DNA of 64,000 bases from Candidatus Limnocylindrales bacterium (GCA_035553915.1 DATMJK010000061.1:1107-65106); one strand, 5' to 3'; counted from the stretch's first letter, positions 45,532-56,156 are shown. Numbers and translations: made by a program. The notes: generated from the letters alone by a model not told the origin.

Positions 45532-45972
45532 ATGGACACCTTCACCATCGCGCTATGGGTCCTGCGCCTGGCGTTCGTGGCGCTGATCTACATCTTCCTG
45601 CTGCTGGTCGTACGCGGGCTGTGGCGCGACCTGCGGGCAGGCATCGCCTCCGCGGGCGAGCCGATAGGCCGGCTGCTCGTGGTCGCTGCGCCGGAGGGTC
45701 AGCCACCGGCCGGCAGCGCGTTCGCGCTTGACGCCGTCAACTCCATCGGCCGTGACGTCAACAACTCGATCGTGGTCGAGGACACCTTTGTCTCAGCCGA
45801 GCACGCGATGCTCACCTTCCGCGGTCGGGCGTGGTTCATCGAAGATCGCGGCAGCACCAACGGCACGTGGGTCAACGGCCAGCGCGTAGAGACGTACCTG
45901 CCGCTCGGGTTTGGTGACGAGATACAGGTCGGCCAGGTGAGGCTGCGCCTCGAGCGGCCGCGCATCACGTGA
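45532..45972 (+). CDS. fhaB: FhaB/FipA-like membrane-anchored FHA-domain protein
   Basis: N-terminal TM 'IALWVLRLAFVALIYIFLLLVV'. FHA 'NSIGRDVNNSIVVEDTFVSAEHAML...GSTNGTWVNGQRV'. Confidence 0.8.
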   Translation: MDTFTIALWVLRLAFVALIYIFLLLVVRGLWRDLRAGIASAGEPIGRLLVVAAPEGQPPAGSAFALDAVNSIGRDVNNSIVVEDTFVSAEHAMLTFRGRAWFIEDRGSTNGTWVNGQRVETYLPLGFGDEIQVGQVRLRLERPRIT

Positions 45973-47411
45973 CCGGCCTGCGACGCGGCCTCCACCGCGC
46001 GGGCATACGGCCCCGGCTCCGCCGGCGCGAGCTGACGCTGCTGCTCGTCGTCGGCCTGGCGCTGGTGACCGGCTGGGCGAGCCTCGCGGCCCAACAGGCG
46101 GGCACCCTCGACCTGGGCGAGCCGACGCTGCTGATCGTGTACCTGGGCGTCCTGCTGGCCATTCACGTCGCGTTCCTGATCAGCGGCCGCCGGATGGACC
46201 AGTACCTGCTGCCGACGGCCGGCATGCTCGGCGGACTGTCGCTGCTGCTGATGATGCGCCTGCCCCAGGGCATGGCCGGGCAGAGCCTCTTCGGAACGCT
46301 GCTGCCGCTCGCCCCGCTGCAGCTGGTCTGGCTGGTGCTCGGCTTCGGCCTGCTCGGCGCGGTCGCCGTGCTTGTCCGCAACGACGGCTGGCTGCGGCGC
46401 TACAAGTACACCTGGGCGGCAATCGGCATCGGGCTGCTGCTGCTCGTGTTCATCTTCGGCGACAGCCGCGGCGGCCAGCTGCTGACACTGCGCATCGGGC
46501 CCTTCAGCGGCCAGCCGTCGGAGCTGCTGAAGGTGATCCTGGTCGTCTTCGTGGCCGGCTACCTGGCCGAGAATCGGGCGCTGCTGACGATGACCAGCAG
46601 CCGCCTCGGGCCGATCCGCATGCCGCCCGTGCCGTACATGCTGCCGATGCTCGTCATGTGGGGCCTGGCGCTGGCGATCGTGGTCATCCAGCGCGACCTC
46701 GGCGCCGCGCTGCTGTTCTTCCTGATCTTCCTGGCGCTGCTCTACACCGCGACGCGACGGGCGGCATACGTGCTGACCGGATTGGCCCTTTTCGCCGCCG
46801 GCGGCTTTGTGGTGTACGAGCTCTTCTCCCACGTGCAGCAGCGAATCGACATCTGGCTCGATCCCTCGGCCGATCCGCTCGGTGCGGGCTACCAGATCCT
46901 GCGCGCGATGTACGCCTTCGGCCGCGGCGGGGTGCTCGGCACGGGCCTGGGTGGCGGCCTGCCACAGATCGGTGGCGCGCCGGCCATCCCGGCGATCCAC
47001 ACGGACTTCGTCTTTGCCGCCCTGGCCGAGGAGCTGGGCATGCTCGGCGGCCTTGCCATCCTGGCGCTATACGGGATCATTGCCCAGCGTGGGCTGCGCA
47101 TCGCGGCCACGGCGGCGGACGACTTCCGGGCGCTGCTGGCTACTGGCCTGACGCTGGTCATCGTCGTCCAGGCGGCGATCATCATCGGCGGCAACCTGCG
47201 CGTCATCCCGCTGACCGGCGTGACGCTGCCGCTGATCAGCTATGGCGGCTCGTCGCTGCTGGTCAACGGCGCGATCGTCGGCCTGTTGCTGGCGCTGTCT
47301 GATCCGGGCGCCGAGCTGCCGCCACTGCCATCGCGCAGGCCGTCGCTCTGGCGCCGCCTGACCGGGCGCGCGCGTGACGTCGGCGGCCGGATCGAAGAAG
47401 CGATCTCGTGA
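45969..47411 (+). CDS. rodA: SEDS-family peptidoglycan glycosyltransferase (RodA/FtsW)
   Basis: The GTG overlaps the fhaB stop (GTGA). 10-12 TM. 'LGGGLPQIGGAPAIPAIHTDFVFAALAEELG' and 'PLISYGGSS' are SEDS signatures. Called rodA from its position between the FHA genes and PBP2. Confidence 0.85.
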   Translation: MTGLRRGLHRAGIRPRLRRRELTLLLVVGLALVTGWASLAAQQAGTLDLGEPTLLIVYLGVLLAIHVAFLISGRRMDQYLLPTAGMLGGLSLLLMMRLPQGMAGQSLFGTLLPLAPLQLVWLVLGFGLLGAVAVLVRNDGWLRRYKYTWAAIGIGLLLLVFIFGDSRGGQLLTLRIGPFSGQPSELLKVILVVFVAGYLAENRALLTMTSSRLGPIRMPPVPYMLPMLVMWGLALAIVVIQRDLGAALLFFLIFLALLYTATRRAAYVLTGLALFAAGGFVVYELFSHVQQRIDIWLDPSADPLGAGYQILRAMYAFGRGGVLGTGLGGGLPQIGGAPAIPAIHTDFVFAALAEELGMLGGLAILALYGIIAQRGLRIAATAADDFRALLATGLTLVIVVQAAIIIGGNLRVIPLTGVTLPLISYGGSSLLVNGAIVGLLLALSDPGAELPPLPSRRPSLWRRLTGRARDVGGRIEEAIS

Positions 47412-48919
47412 GCCGTGCCTGGCAGCCCACCCAGCCCGGCCGTTCGCCGGACATTGGCGGCAGCCTGCTCCGGCTCGCGCTGGCGATGCTCATCGGCTAC
47501 GGCGCGCTCGCGGCCGGCCTGGCCTACTGGCAGGTCATCGACGCCGAGCGGCTGTCAACGGACCCGCGCAACCCGCTGGTCATCGCCGCCGCGCGCAACG
47601 CGCCGCGCGGCTCGATCTATGACACCAACGGCGAGCTGCTGGCGCACAACTTGCGCGTCGGCGGCGGTCAGCAGCAGCGCGCCTACCCGGCGGCGGTGGC
47701 GGCCCCGGTGGTCGGCTACCGGAGCATCATCTTCGGGTCAGCCGGCCTGGAGCGGACCTACGACGCCCAGCTGACCGGCCTACGCTCAGGCTCGGCGGCG
47801 GACGACCTGCTGCGCAAGTTTCGCGCCGATCCGTACGACCCGGCAGACCTGCACCTCTCGCTCGACCTGCGCCTGCAGGAGTACGCCGCCCAGCAGCTGG
47901 GCGACTTCCGCGGCGCGATCGTGGCCATCGAGCCCTCGACCGGTCGCATCCTGGCGATGGTCACCAGCCCGACCTTCGACCCCAATCGGATCGTCGACCC
48001 GCAACGCGGAGCGCGCTACGTCGCCCGGCTGCGCGACCGCAGCGACTCGCCGCTGCTGAACCGCGCCACCCAGGGCCTGTACGTGCCTGGCTCGGTGTTC
48101 AAGATTGTCACCGCCGGCGCCGGCCTGGGCAGCAACGCGATCAGCGGCGGCACGACATACGAGAGCCAGCCGGAGGAGTACGAGACCGGCTTCCTGGTCG
48201 AAGGCTTCCGCATCCGCGACGCACCGCGCAGCGTGCAGACGGACCATCCACTCGATTTCCTCGAGGCGACTGAGGTGTCGAGCAACATCTGGTATGCCCA
48301 CGCCGCCCTGGACATCGGCGCGCAGGGGCTGCTCGAGTGGGCCGGTCGGTTCGGTTTCGGCGAGCGCATCCCATTCGACCTGCCTACATCGGCCAGCCAG
48401 GTGACCCGCGCCGGCGGGCCGCTGGCCGGCTTCAGCGACCGGGTCGAGCTGGCCAACGCAGCCTACGGCCAGGGCCAGGTGCTGGTCACGCCGCTCCAGA
48501 TGGCGCTCGTGGCGGCGACCATCGCCAATGGCGGCGTGGCCATGAAGCCGAAGCTGGTCGACGAGTTCCGGACGGCCTCAGGCCAGGTCACTCGAGTCGG
48601 GCCGGAGGCCTGGCGGACGGTCCTCGACCGCGGCGACGCGCAGCTCATCCGCGAGGCGATGCAGCTCGCAGTCGAGGGCCAGTACGGCCGCCGCTTCGCC
48701 GGCGGCGCGCGGATCGACGGCGTGTCGGTCGCCGGCAAGACGGGCACTGCGCAAGTCGGCCCGAGGGACGAGCCGCACAGCTGGTTCATCGGCTTCGCCC
48801 CGGCCGACAGCCCGCAGATCGCGGTCGCGGTGATCGTCGAGAACGGCGGCTCGGGCGGCGAGCGGGCAGCGCCGATCGGCGGCCGGCTGATGGCGCGCTA
48901 CCTCCAGCTCCAGCGCTGA
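47408..48919 (+). CDS. pbpA: penicillin-binding protein 2 (class B transpeptidase)
   Basis: The GTG overlaps the rodA stop (GTGA). N-terminal TM. 'SVFK' (SxxK), 'SSN' and 'KTGT' transpeptidase motifs. Confidence 0.9.
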   Translation: MSRAWQPTQPGRSPDIGGSLLRLALAMLIGYGALAAGLAYWQVIDAERLSTDPRNPLVIAAARNAPRGSIYDTNGELLAHNLRVGGGQQQRAYPAAVAAPVVGYRSIIFGSAGLERTYDAQLTGLRSGSAADDLLRKFRADPYDPADLHLSLDLRLQEYAAQQLGDFRGAIVAIEPSTGRILAMVTSPTFDPNRIVDPQRGARYVARLRDRSDSPLLNRATQGLYVPGSVFKIVTAGAGLGSNAISGGTTYESQPEEYETGFLVEGFRIRDAPRSVQTDHPLDFLEATEVSSNIWYAHAALDIGAQGLLEWAGRFGFGERIPFDLPTSASQVTRAGGPLAGFSDRVELANAAYGQGQVLVTPLQMALVAATIANGGVAMKPKLVDEFRTASGQVTRVGPEAWRTVLDRGDAQLIREAMQLAVEGQYGRRFAGGARIDGVSVAGKTGTAQVGPRDEPHSWFIGFAPADSPQIAVAVIVENGGSGGERAAPIGGRLMARYLQLQR

Positions 48920-49047
48920 TTGACTCTTTCCTGCCCCTAACGCAACCAAATGGGCCGTTCGGTCGTACTATCTGCGGACGCCGCTCGCAGCCGCGCCCAA
49001 CGGTAGGAGAGGGGTCGAAGCGCGCCGTAGCGAGGGAATCGAGGCCT

Positions 49048-50040
49048 GTGGCAACCATCCAGGAATCGACCGAGAAGGTAATCGCCAACGTCGAGCGCGT
49101 GATCGTCGGCAAGCACCACGAGGTCCGGCTGGCGCTCGTCGCGCTGCTCTGCCAGGGTCACCTGCTGATCGAGGACGTGCCCGGCACGGGCAAGACCGTG
49201 CTGGCCAAGGCAATCGCCCGCAGCCTGGGCTGCAGCTTCAGGCGCATCCAGTTCACGCCCGACCTGTTGCCCTCGGACGTGACCGGCCTGTCGATCTACA
49301 ACCAGAAGACGCAGGAGTTCGAGTTCCGGCCGGGGCCGATCATGGCCCAGATCGTGCTCGCCGACGAGATCAACCGGGCCACGCCAAAGACCCAGTCGGC
49401 GCTGCTCGAGTGCATGGAGGAGCGCCAGGCAACCGTCGATGGCGTGACCCACATGATGCCCGAGCCATTCATGGTGATGGGCACACAGAACCCGATCGAG
49501 TACGAGGGCACGTTCGTCCTGCCCGAGGCCCAGCTCGACCGCTTCATGCTGCGCCTCCGGATGGGCTATCCGCAGCCGCTCGAGGAGATCGTCATCCTCG
49601 ACGAGCAGAAGCGCGTCCACCCGCTCGAAGACCTGAGCGAGGTGGCGTCCGTCGAGGAGCTGCGCCAGATGCAGCAGGGCGTGCGCGAGATCTATGTCGA
49701 CCCGTCGATCAGCGACTACATCGTCCGCCTTGTCAATGCCACCCGGCGTCACCCGGACGTTTACCTCGGCGCGTCGCCGCGCGGCTCGCTGGCGCTCTAC
49801 CGCGCCGGCCAGGCGTATGCTGCGCTGAACGGTCGCGACTTCGTCATCCCGGACGACGTGAAGGCGCTGGCCGTGCCCGCGCTGGCCCACCGGCTGATCG
49901 TCAAGACGGCGGCCACGGTGCGCGACATCGACGCCGCCTCGCTGGTCCACGAGCTGCTCGACTCGGTGCCCGTCAATGCGCCGCCGAGCGAGGGCGATCG
50001 CCCGACCCAGCGCGCCTCTGCCTCAGCGACGGCCGAGTAG
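49048..50040 (+). CDS. MoxR-family AAA+ ATPase
   Basis: GTG start. '[19 protein letters not shown]' is Walker A, '[19 protein letters not shown]' is Walker B. C-terminal lid domain. Confidence 0.9.
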   Translation: MATIQESTEKVIANVERVIVGKHHEVRLALVALLCQGHLLIEDVPGTGKTVLAKAIARSLGCSFRRIQFTPDLLPSDVTGLSIYNQKTQEFEFRPGPIMAQIVLADEINRATPKTQSALLECMEERQATVDGVTHMMPEPFMVMGTQNPIEYEGTFVLPEAQLDRFMLRLRMGYPQPLEEIVILDEQKRVHPLEDLSEVASVEELRQMQQGVREIYVDPSISDYIVRLVNATRRHPDVYLGASPRGSLALYRAGQAYAALNGRDFVIPDDVKALAVPALAHRLIVKTAATVRDIDAASLVHELLDSVPVNAPPSEGDRPTQRASASATAE

Positions 50041-50045
50041 CGGCC

Positions 50046-51302
50046 GTGCTTCGACGGCTCCAGCTGGGGGTGCTGGCGCTGGCCCTGGTCATCGCTGCGC
50101 TCTCGACTGGCGCACCCTTCCTGTTCTTCCTCCTCTACCTGGCGATCGTCGTCGTTGGCGGCGCGTACCTGCTGGCCCGCTTCGGGCTGTCTGACCTGGA
50201 GGCCGGCTACGTGCTCGACCGGGCCCAGGCCGAGGTCGGCGAGCCGCTGCGGGTGACCTACACGCTGCGCAACCTGAGCCGCCTGCCCAAGCTGTGGCTG
50301 GAGGCGTACAACCCAAGCACGCTGCCGGTCGGCCTGCCCGGCCGTGCGCTGGCCCTCGGGCCGCGAGCGGAGAAATCGTGGGCCGCCCGCGTCCGGCTGA
50401 CCCGCCGCGGGCAGTACCGGATCGACCCATTGACCCTCCGCACCGCAGATCCTTTCGGCTTCTTCGAGTCGTCGGCCACGGTCGGCACGCCGACCAGCCT
50501 GCTCGTCCATCCGCGGGTCGAGCCGATCCCTGGCTGGATGTTGCCGCCGGCCCAGATCGAAGGCTCGCATGCTCATCCGGTGCGCACGGCCCAGACGACG
50601 CCGCACGCGACGGGCATCCGGCCATACGAGCCGGGCGATTCGTACAACCGCATCCACTGGCGCACCTCGGCCCGGACCGGCGAGCTGCAGGTCAAGGAGT
50701 TCGACCTCGAGCAGACGGCTGACGTCTGGCTGTACCTCGACCTCGAGGGCACGGCCCATACCGGCAGCGGCGACGAGTCAACGATCGAGTATGGCGTGCG
50801 GGTCGCGGCAGCCATTGGCGCGCGGGCACTGATCGAGAACAGGAGCCTGGGCATCACCGCCGCCGGCGCGCGACCGGTCGTGCTCCAGCCGGACCGAGGC
50901 CGGCGCCAGTACCAGAAGATGCTCCATCTGCTGGCGGCGGTGCAGGCTGACGGTCGCCAGCCGCTGCTCGACGTGCTCGTCGAGTCGCTCGGCCGCCTGC
51001 GGCGCGGGATGACCGCGGTCGTGATCACACCCTCGACGGACAGCGCCTGGATCAAGCCGCTGAGCAGCCTGCGCGGCCGCGGCGTGGCGACGGTCGTGGT
51101 GCTGCTCGATGGGCCAGCGTTTGCCCGCCAGGCCGCCGGGTCGGTCACGGCGGAGGATGAGGACGCGCGCCTTCGGGCGCTGCGCGCCGTGCGCCACACC
51201 CTGGCCGAGCACGATCTGCCGACCACGCCCGTGCTGCCCGGCCGGCCACTGGCCAGCCAGCTGGTGACGAGCCGTCAGCTGCCGCAGGTGGTGAGCCGAT
51301 GA
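50046..51302 (+). CDS. DUF58 domain protein (MoxR-associated, vWA-like)
   Basis: GTG start 6 nt after the MoxR stop. N-terminal TM pair. 'RPYEPGDSYNRIHWRTSARTGELQVKEF' is the DUF58 core. Confidence 0.85.
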   Translation: MLRRLQLGVLALALVIAALSTGAPFLFFLLYLAIVVVGGAYLLARFGLSDLEAGYVLDRAQAEVGEPLRVTYTLRNLSRLPKLWLEAYNPSTLPVGLPGRALALGPRAEKSWAARVRLTRRGQYRIDPLTLRTADPFGFFESSATVGTPTSLLVHPRVEPIPGWMLPPAQIEGSHAHPVRTAQTTPHATGIRPYEPGDSYNRIHWRTSARTGELQVKEFDLEQTADVWLYLDLEGTAHTGSGDESTIEYGVRVAAAIGARALIENRSLGITAAGARPVVLQPDRGRRQYQKMLHLLAAVQADGRQPLLDVLVESLGRLRRGMTAVVITPSTDSAWIKPLSSLRGRGVATVVVLLDGPAFARQAAGSVTAEDEDARLRALRAVRHTLAEHDLPTTPVLPGRPLASQLVTSRQLPQVVSR

Positions 51303-53710
51303 GCCGCCTGCGCCCGGGGACCTTCGGCTCGGTGGGCGAGCCGCAGCCGTCGGTCGAGCCGGACGAGCAGGGTGGATCCGAGCGCTGGAGTTTGCCCGGC
51401 CTGCCGCCGGAAGGACTGTCGAGCGTGATCGCAGTGCTGGCCATGGCGGTCGTAGTCGGCTTCGCCGTCGACCAGGCGGCCTGGGTCGGCCAGATTCCCG
51501 GCTCGCGCGCCAACCAGACTGCGTTCCTGCCGCTGGCGATGCTGGTGGCGGCGATCGTCGGCGGGCTGCTCGGCCGGTCGCGAATGCCCGTGCTGCGCGC
51601 GCACCTGATCGGGGCCAGCGTTGGCGCGCTGTTCCTGCTCAACGCCGTCGCCGGCGCGATCTCACGCGCGCCGACGCTCGACGAGCGCCTGCGGGCGCTC
51701 AACGAGTCGGTCTCCATCTACGCCTGGGAATCGGTTGGCATGGGCATCCGCTCGAGCGAGACCTCCGTCTTCCTGCTGCTCACCGGCGCGCTGCTCTGGT
51801 CGGCCGCCCAGCTCGGCGCGTTCCATGTCTTCCGCCGCCGGCGGCCGATGCCGCTGATCGCGCTCGGTGCGACGGCGCTGCTGATCAACGTCTCGCTTAC
51901 TACCCAGGACCAGTACATCCATCTGGTCGTCTTTGTCGCCGCCGCGCTGCTGCTCGTCATCCGGCTCAACCTGCTGAACGAGATCGACGGCTGGCGCGCG
52001 CGCCGGCTGATCGACGTGCCGCAGGCCGGCGAGCTGTTCCTTAGCCGCGGCGCGGCGTTCGTTGCGCTGGCCCTGGTTGCCTCGATCACGCTTGCCGCGA
52101 CAGCCAGCTCGGCGCCGCTGGCCCGGGCGTGGCGCGACATGGACTCTGGGCTGCTCGAGTTTGGCTACGCGGTCAACCGCTGGCTGGGCGGGGTCAGCGG
52201 CGCGATCCGCGGCTCGACCAACCTCTTCGGCCCGACCCAGACGCTGCGCGACGTATGGGAGTCGTCGACCGAGCCGGTGTTCACCGCGCGCGTTGGCGAC
52301 GATGGCAGCTACTACTGGCGTGGCGCGACCTACGACTCGTTCGACGGTCGCACCTGGCAGCAGCTCGATCCGCTGGCGACGATCGTCGGTGCCGGCCAGA
52401 ACACCTTCGCCGGCAGCGCCGAGGAGCTGGCCGCCCTTTCCTCACGCCGCCAGCTGGCGGTCAGCGTGAGCTCGATCAGCCTCGGCGGCGACGTGATCGT
52501 CATACCAGAGAGCCCGCTCGTCGTCGATCGAACGGTGGAGCTCAAGACGCATCGCGGCGAAGGCGGCTTCATCGACCTCCGGCTCGTCGACGGCGTGCGC
52601 GAGGGGACGCAGTACAGCGCCATTGCCTACGTGCCGCAGACGAGCGGCGCGGACGCGATCACGGCCAACAAGCTGGCCGCTGCCGGCACCGACTACCCGG
52701 CCTGGGTCAGCCGCTACCTCGAGATACGGCCGGAATCGATCGGGCCGCGGACCTACGAGGAGGCGGGCGCCATCTTCGACGCGCTGCCCGCTGACAAGCG
52801 CAACCCGTATCACGTCGCGGAGGCCATCCAGAACTGGTTCTGGGCGGACGGCGGGTTCGAGTACACGACCAACGTCAGCGGCATCTGCGCGGGCGAGAAC
52901 CTGGTCGACTGCTTCCTCGAGGACCGGCGCGGCTTCTGCGAGCGGTTTGCGACGGCGATGACGATGATGCTCCGCACCCAGGGCATCCCGGCCCGCTACG
53001 TCGTCGGCTACCTGCCCGGCCAGTCGCTGGGCGAGGGTGCGTGGCAGATCGACCGCTCCGCGTCTCACGCCTGGGTCGAGGTCTACTTCCCGGGCTACGG
53101 CTGGTATCGCTTCGACCCCACGCCGGGCAACACCGTCAATGGCCAGGCACCGACCGAGCTGCGTGAGGGCAACCCGGTGCCCGCGCCGCGTGGCTCGTTC
53201 CTGCCGCCGCTGCCGCCGGACCGCTTTCCCGACGAGACCTTCGAGGCGCCGCCTAGCATTGGCCCGATCGCCCCCGGCGCGACAGGCGGCGCCGGCTCGG
53301 ACGGCGTCACTCAGGCGTTGCCGCTGGTCGTCCTGCTGCTCGCGGCGGTCACCCTCGTGATGCTGTACGCGACGCGCGTGCGGCGCCGCAGCAGCCCGCT
53401 GGAGGCCGGCCGGGCGTACGACGCGATGGCCCGCCTGGCGACACGCCTGGGCCACGGTCCACGTCCGACGCAGACCATCTACGAGTACACCGGCAGCCTG
53501 TCACAGCTCGTGCCGGCGGTGGCCGCCGACCTGCGCACGCTGGCCACGGCCAAGGTTGAGGCGACCTACGCCCGCCGGCCGCAGACTTGGGCGCTGGGCC
53601 ACCGACTGGCGCTGGCCTACCGTCGAGTGCGGCTCAACCTGCTGCGCCTGCTCTTCCGCCGGCCGCGCTGGATGCGCGCCCCGACAGAGGCCCGCCGGCG
53701 CCACTCCTGA
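51299..53710 (+). CDS. transglutaminase-like membrane protein (TgpA-type)
   Basis: The ATG overlaps the DUF58 stop (ATGA). N-terminal multi-TM, then transglutaminase core 'CERFATAMTMMLRTQGIPARYVVGY...SHAWVEVY' carrying the Cys/His/Asp triad. C-terminal TM and DUF4129-like tail. Confidence 0.85.
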   Translation: MSRLRPGTFGSVGEPQPSVEPDEQGGSERWSLPGLPPEGLSSVIAVLAMAVVVGFAVDQAAWVGQIPGSRANQTAFLPLAMLVAAIVGGLLGRSRMPVLRAHLIGASVGALFLLNAVAGAISRAPTLDERLRALNESVSIYAWESVGMGIRSSETSVFLLLTGALLWSAAQLGAFHVFRRRRPMPLIALGATALLINVSLTTQDQYIHLVVFVAAALLLVIRLNLLNEIDGWRARRLIDVPQAGELFLSRGAAFVALALVASITLAATASSAPLARAWRDMDSGLLEFGYAVNRWLGGVSGAIRGSTNLFGPTQTLRDVWESSTEPVFTARVGDDGSYYWRGATYDSFDGRTWQQLDPLATIVGAGQNTFAGSAEELAALSSRRQLAVSVSSISLGGDVIVIPESPLVVDRTVELKTHRGEGGFIDLRLVDGVREGTQYSAIAYVPQTSGADAITANKLAAAGTDYPAWVSRYLEIRPESIGPRTYEEAGAIFDALPADKRNPYHVAEAIQNWFWADGGFEYTTNVSGICAGENLVDCFLEDRRGFCERFATAMTMMLRTQGIPARYVVGYLPGQSLGEGAWQIDRSASHAWVEVYFPGYGWYRFDPTPGNTVNGQAPTELREGNPVPAPRGSFLPPLPPDRFPDETFEAPPSIGPIAPGATGGAGSDGVTQALPLVVLLLAAVTLVMLYATRVRRRSSPLEAGRAYDAMARLATRLGHGPRPTQTIYEYTGSLSQLVPAVAADLRTLATAKVEATYARRPQTWALGHRLALAYRRVRLNLLRLLFRRPRWMRAPTEARRRHS

Positions 53711-53733
53711 GATCGCTTGGCCGGTTCGTGCGT

Positions 53734-54600
53734 CTACAGCGCGCCGCGGCGGTCGCCGCGCGCCTCGGCAGCGGCCCGCTCCTCCTCGGCCAACGGCGCC
53801 AGGTGCTCTGACAGGTTGTGCGCGCGCAGCGTGGCAATGCCCAGGTTGAGCGCCACGACGCTGATCGCGGCCAGGTTGAAGGGGAACGACCAGAAGCGCT
53901 CGTAGGGCACCTCGAGCAGCGACATCAGGGCCAGCCGGAAGATGCCGTCGTGTGCCACGAGCACCGCCCAGGGCTCGGGCGGCCGCCCCTCGCGCGGCGC
54001 GGCCGACGGATAACCCGGCACCGGGTCGTGGCGCAGTGATGCACTGACCGTGGCTGCATCGCTGGCCGGTGCGGCGCTGCCGGCCGCGCTCGACAACGCT
54101 GACAGCAGCTCCGCCAGGCCCAGGCGTACGCGGCCCGCCGCCTCGAGCACCGCCTCGCCGCCGGGCGCGTGATGACGCGTTGGGTCGCGCCGCCACGCCG
54201 CCAGCTCGTCCGGCCAGCGGCCGCGAACCTCGGCCGCGGGCACGCCCTCCCACGCGCCCTGCGCGATCTCGGTGAAGCGCGGCGCCGCGATCAGCGGCGG
54301 CAGCGCCGGCTGGGCGGCGGCAATGGCACGGGCGGTGTCGGCGGCACGGCTCAGGGGTGAGTGCCACACGCCGGCCGGCGGCCCCAGCGGGATGGGCAGC
54401 GCCGTCCCAAGGTCGCGCTGCGCCAGGCGCTCGGCGACGAGGCCTGCCTGCCGCCGACCGAGAGTCGAGAGCGGCGCGTCCTGGCGGCCCTGGAAGCGGC
54501 CCTCGGCGACGTACGTCGATTCGCCGTGGCGGACCATGACCAGGCTGGCGGTCAGCTCAGCCGGGATGGCCAGGCGCTGCTGGTCGTGAGCGGCGCTCAC
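53734..54600 (-). CDS. histidine phosphatase superfamily protein (PGM/branch-1), candidate metal-independent phosphoserine phosphatase
   Basis: 'LVMVRHGESTY' is the RHG catalytic motif. 'VLVAHDGIFRLAL' is the distal His motif. GTG start placed at 54598-54600, overlapping the serA stop (GTGA). The ATG at 54621 would overlap serA by 25 nt. Confidence 0.7.
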   Translation of the reverse strand: MSAAHDQQRLAIPAELTASLVMVRHGESTYVAEGRFQGRQDAPLSTLGRRQAGLVAERLAQRDLGTALPIPLGPPAGVWHSPLSRAADTARAIAAAQPALPPLIAAPRFTEIAQGAWEGVPAAEVRGRWPDELAAWRRDPTRHHAPGGEAVLEAAGRVRLGLAELLSALSSAAGSAAPASDAATVSASLRHDPVPGYPSAAPREGRPPEPWAVLVAHDGIFRLALMSLLEVPYERFWSFPFNLAAISVVALNLGIATLRAHNLSEHLAPLAEEERAAAEARGDRRGAL

Positions 54601-56156
54601 TGGGCGAGGCGGATGAGCCAAAGGTCGAGCACCGCCTCGTGGCGGCGGATCTCGTCGGCGACGGCGTCAGGCACCTCTTCGTCAAGGGCCAGGATCATCA
54701 GCGCGTCGGCGCGCGGCGCGCTGCGGCCGAGATGCATGGCACTGATGTTGACGTCGGCCTGGCCGAGCATCAGCCCGATCCGGCCCATCGTGCCCGGGCG
54801 GTCCTGGTGGCGCGTGACAAGCATCCACGGGGCCATCGGCATGTCGACCCAGTAGTCGCCCAGGCGGACGATCCGCGGCTCGCCGCCTGAGACCGTGCCG
54901 GCGACCGTCGTCGCGCCGGAGATCGAGACGACCGACTGGTAGCGCGCGCTGTCGCTGGTCCGCCGCTCGACGAGCTGCAGGCCGCGCTCGTGCGCCAGCA
55001 GCGGCGCGTTGACCTGGTTGACCCGACCCTCGGTCGCCAGCTCGAGCAGGCCGGACAGCACGGCAGCAGCGATGGGCGCTGCTTCCAGCCCGCCCACGTC
55101 GCCCGCGAGCTCGAGCGTCAGTCCCTCGAGCGACGGCGCGAACTGAGCGTAGAGCATGCCCAGCGCACGGGCGAGCGGCAGGTATGGCGCCAGCTCGGCG
55201 GCGGTCTCGGCCGGCACCAGCGGCGCGTTGACCGCGTAGCGTGCCGGCCGGCCGGCGAGCACGTCGAGCACCTGCTGGACGGTCTCGAGAGCGACTCGTG
55301 CCTGCGCCTCCTCGGTCGAGGCGCCAAGGTGCGGGGTGAGGACGGTGTTGGGCGCGCGCAGGAGAGGCGAATCGGCGGGCGGCTCGTGCTCGAAGACGTC
55401 GATCGCGGCGCCGGCCAGGTGTCCGGCGGCGAGCGCGTCAGCCAGCGCCCGCTCATCGACCACACCGCCGCGGGCGACGTTGACCAGCACCGCCCCGGGC
55501 TTCATCGACGCCAGCTCGGCCGCGCCGATCAGTCCGCGCGTGGCGTGGGTCAGCGGCACGTGAAGGGTCAGCGCGTCGGCTTCGCGAAGCAGGTCGGCCA
55601 AGGGCAGCAGCCGGACGCCGTGCTGGGCGGCGGCCTCCTCGGTGACGTACGGGTCGTGCCCGAGAAGCTCCATCTCCATCGCCCGCGCGCGGTCGGCGAT
55701 GGCCATCCCGATCCGGCCCAGGCCGACGATGCCCAGGCTGCGCCCGCGCAGCTCCTGGCCCATGAACCGGGCGCGCTTCCACTCACCGGCCCGGACCGAA
55801 GCGTCGGCCGCCGGCACGCGCCGGGCGAGTGCGTAGAGCAGCGCCAGCGTGTGCTCGGCCGCGGCGATGGTGTTCGCCGTCGGCGCGTTGACGACCGTCA
55901 CGCCCGCGCGTGTCGCGGCGGCGAGGTCGATGTTGTCCGTGCCCACGCCGGCCCGGCCAACGACCAGCAGCCGATTGCCCGCGGCGAGCGCCTCGGCGTC
56001 GACCGTCACCTGGCTGCGCACCAGCAGCCCCTCGTATGCCGGCAGCGCGGCGAGAAGCTCGTCGCGCGAGAGGTCCGTTCGAACTTCTACCTCGTGGTGC
56101 TCGCGCAGCAGCGCCAGCCCGTCCTCGGCCAGCGGCTCGGCGACGAGGACCTTCAC
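54597..56156 (-). CDS. serA: D-3-phosphoglycerate dehydrogenase (long form, ASB + ACT C-terminal domains)
   Basis: GTG start 'VKVLVAEPLAEDGL'. NAD-binding 'GIVGLGRIGMAIA'. Catalytic 'HLGASTEEAQ'. C-terminal ACT 'MLVTRHQDRPGTMGRIGLMLGQADVNI'. The upstream 103 codons of the six-frame ORF are rejected. Confidence 0.9.
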   Translation of the reverse strand: MKVLVAEPLAEDGLALLREHHEVEVRTDLSRDELLAALPAYEGLLVRSQVTVDAEALAAGNRLLVVGRAGVGTDNIDLAAATRAGVTVVNAPTANTIAAAEHTLALLYALARRVPAADASVRAGEWKRARFMGQELRGRSLGIVGLGRIGMAIADRARAMEMELLGHDPYVTEEAAAQHGVRLLPLADLLREADALTLHVPLTHATRGLIGAAELASMKPGAVLVNVARGGVVDERALADALAAGHLAGAAIDVFEHEPPADSPLLRAPNTVLTPHLGASTEEAQARVALETVQQVLDVLAGRPARYAVNAPLVPAETAAELAPYLPLARALGMLYAQFAPSLEGLTLELAGDVGGLEAAPIAAAVLSGLLELATEGRVNQVNAPLLAHERGLQLVERRTSDSARYQSVVSISGATTVAGTVSGGEPRIVRLGDYWVDMPMAPWMLVTRHQDRPGTMGRIGLMLGQADVNISAMHLGRSAPRADALMILALDEEVPDAVADEIRRHEAVLDLWLIRLAQ

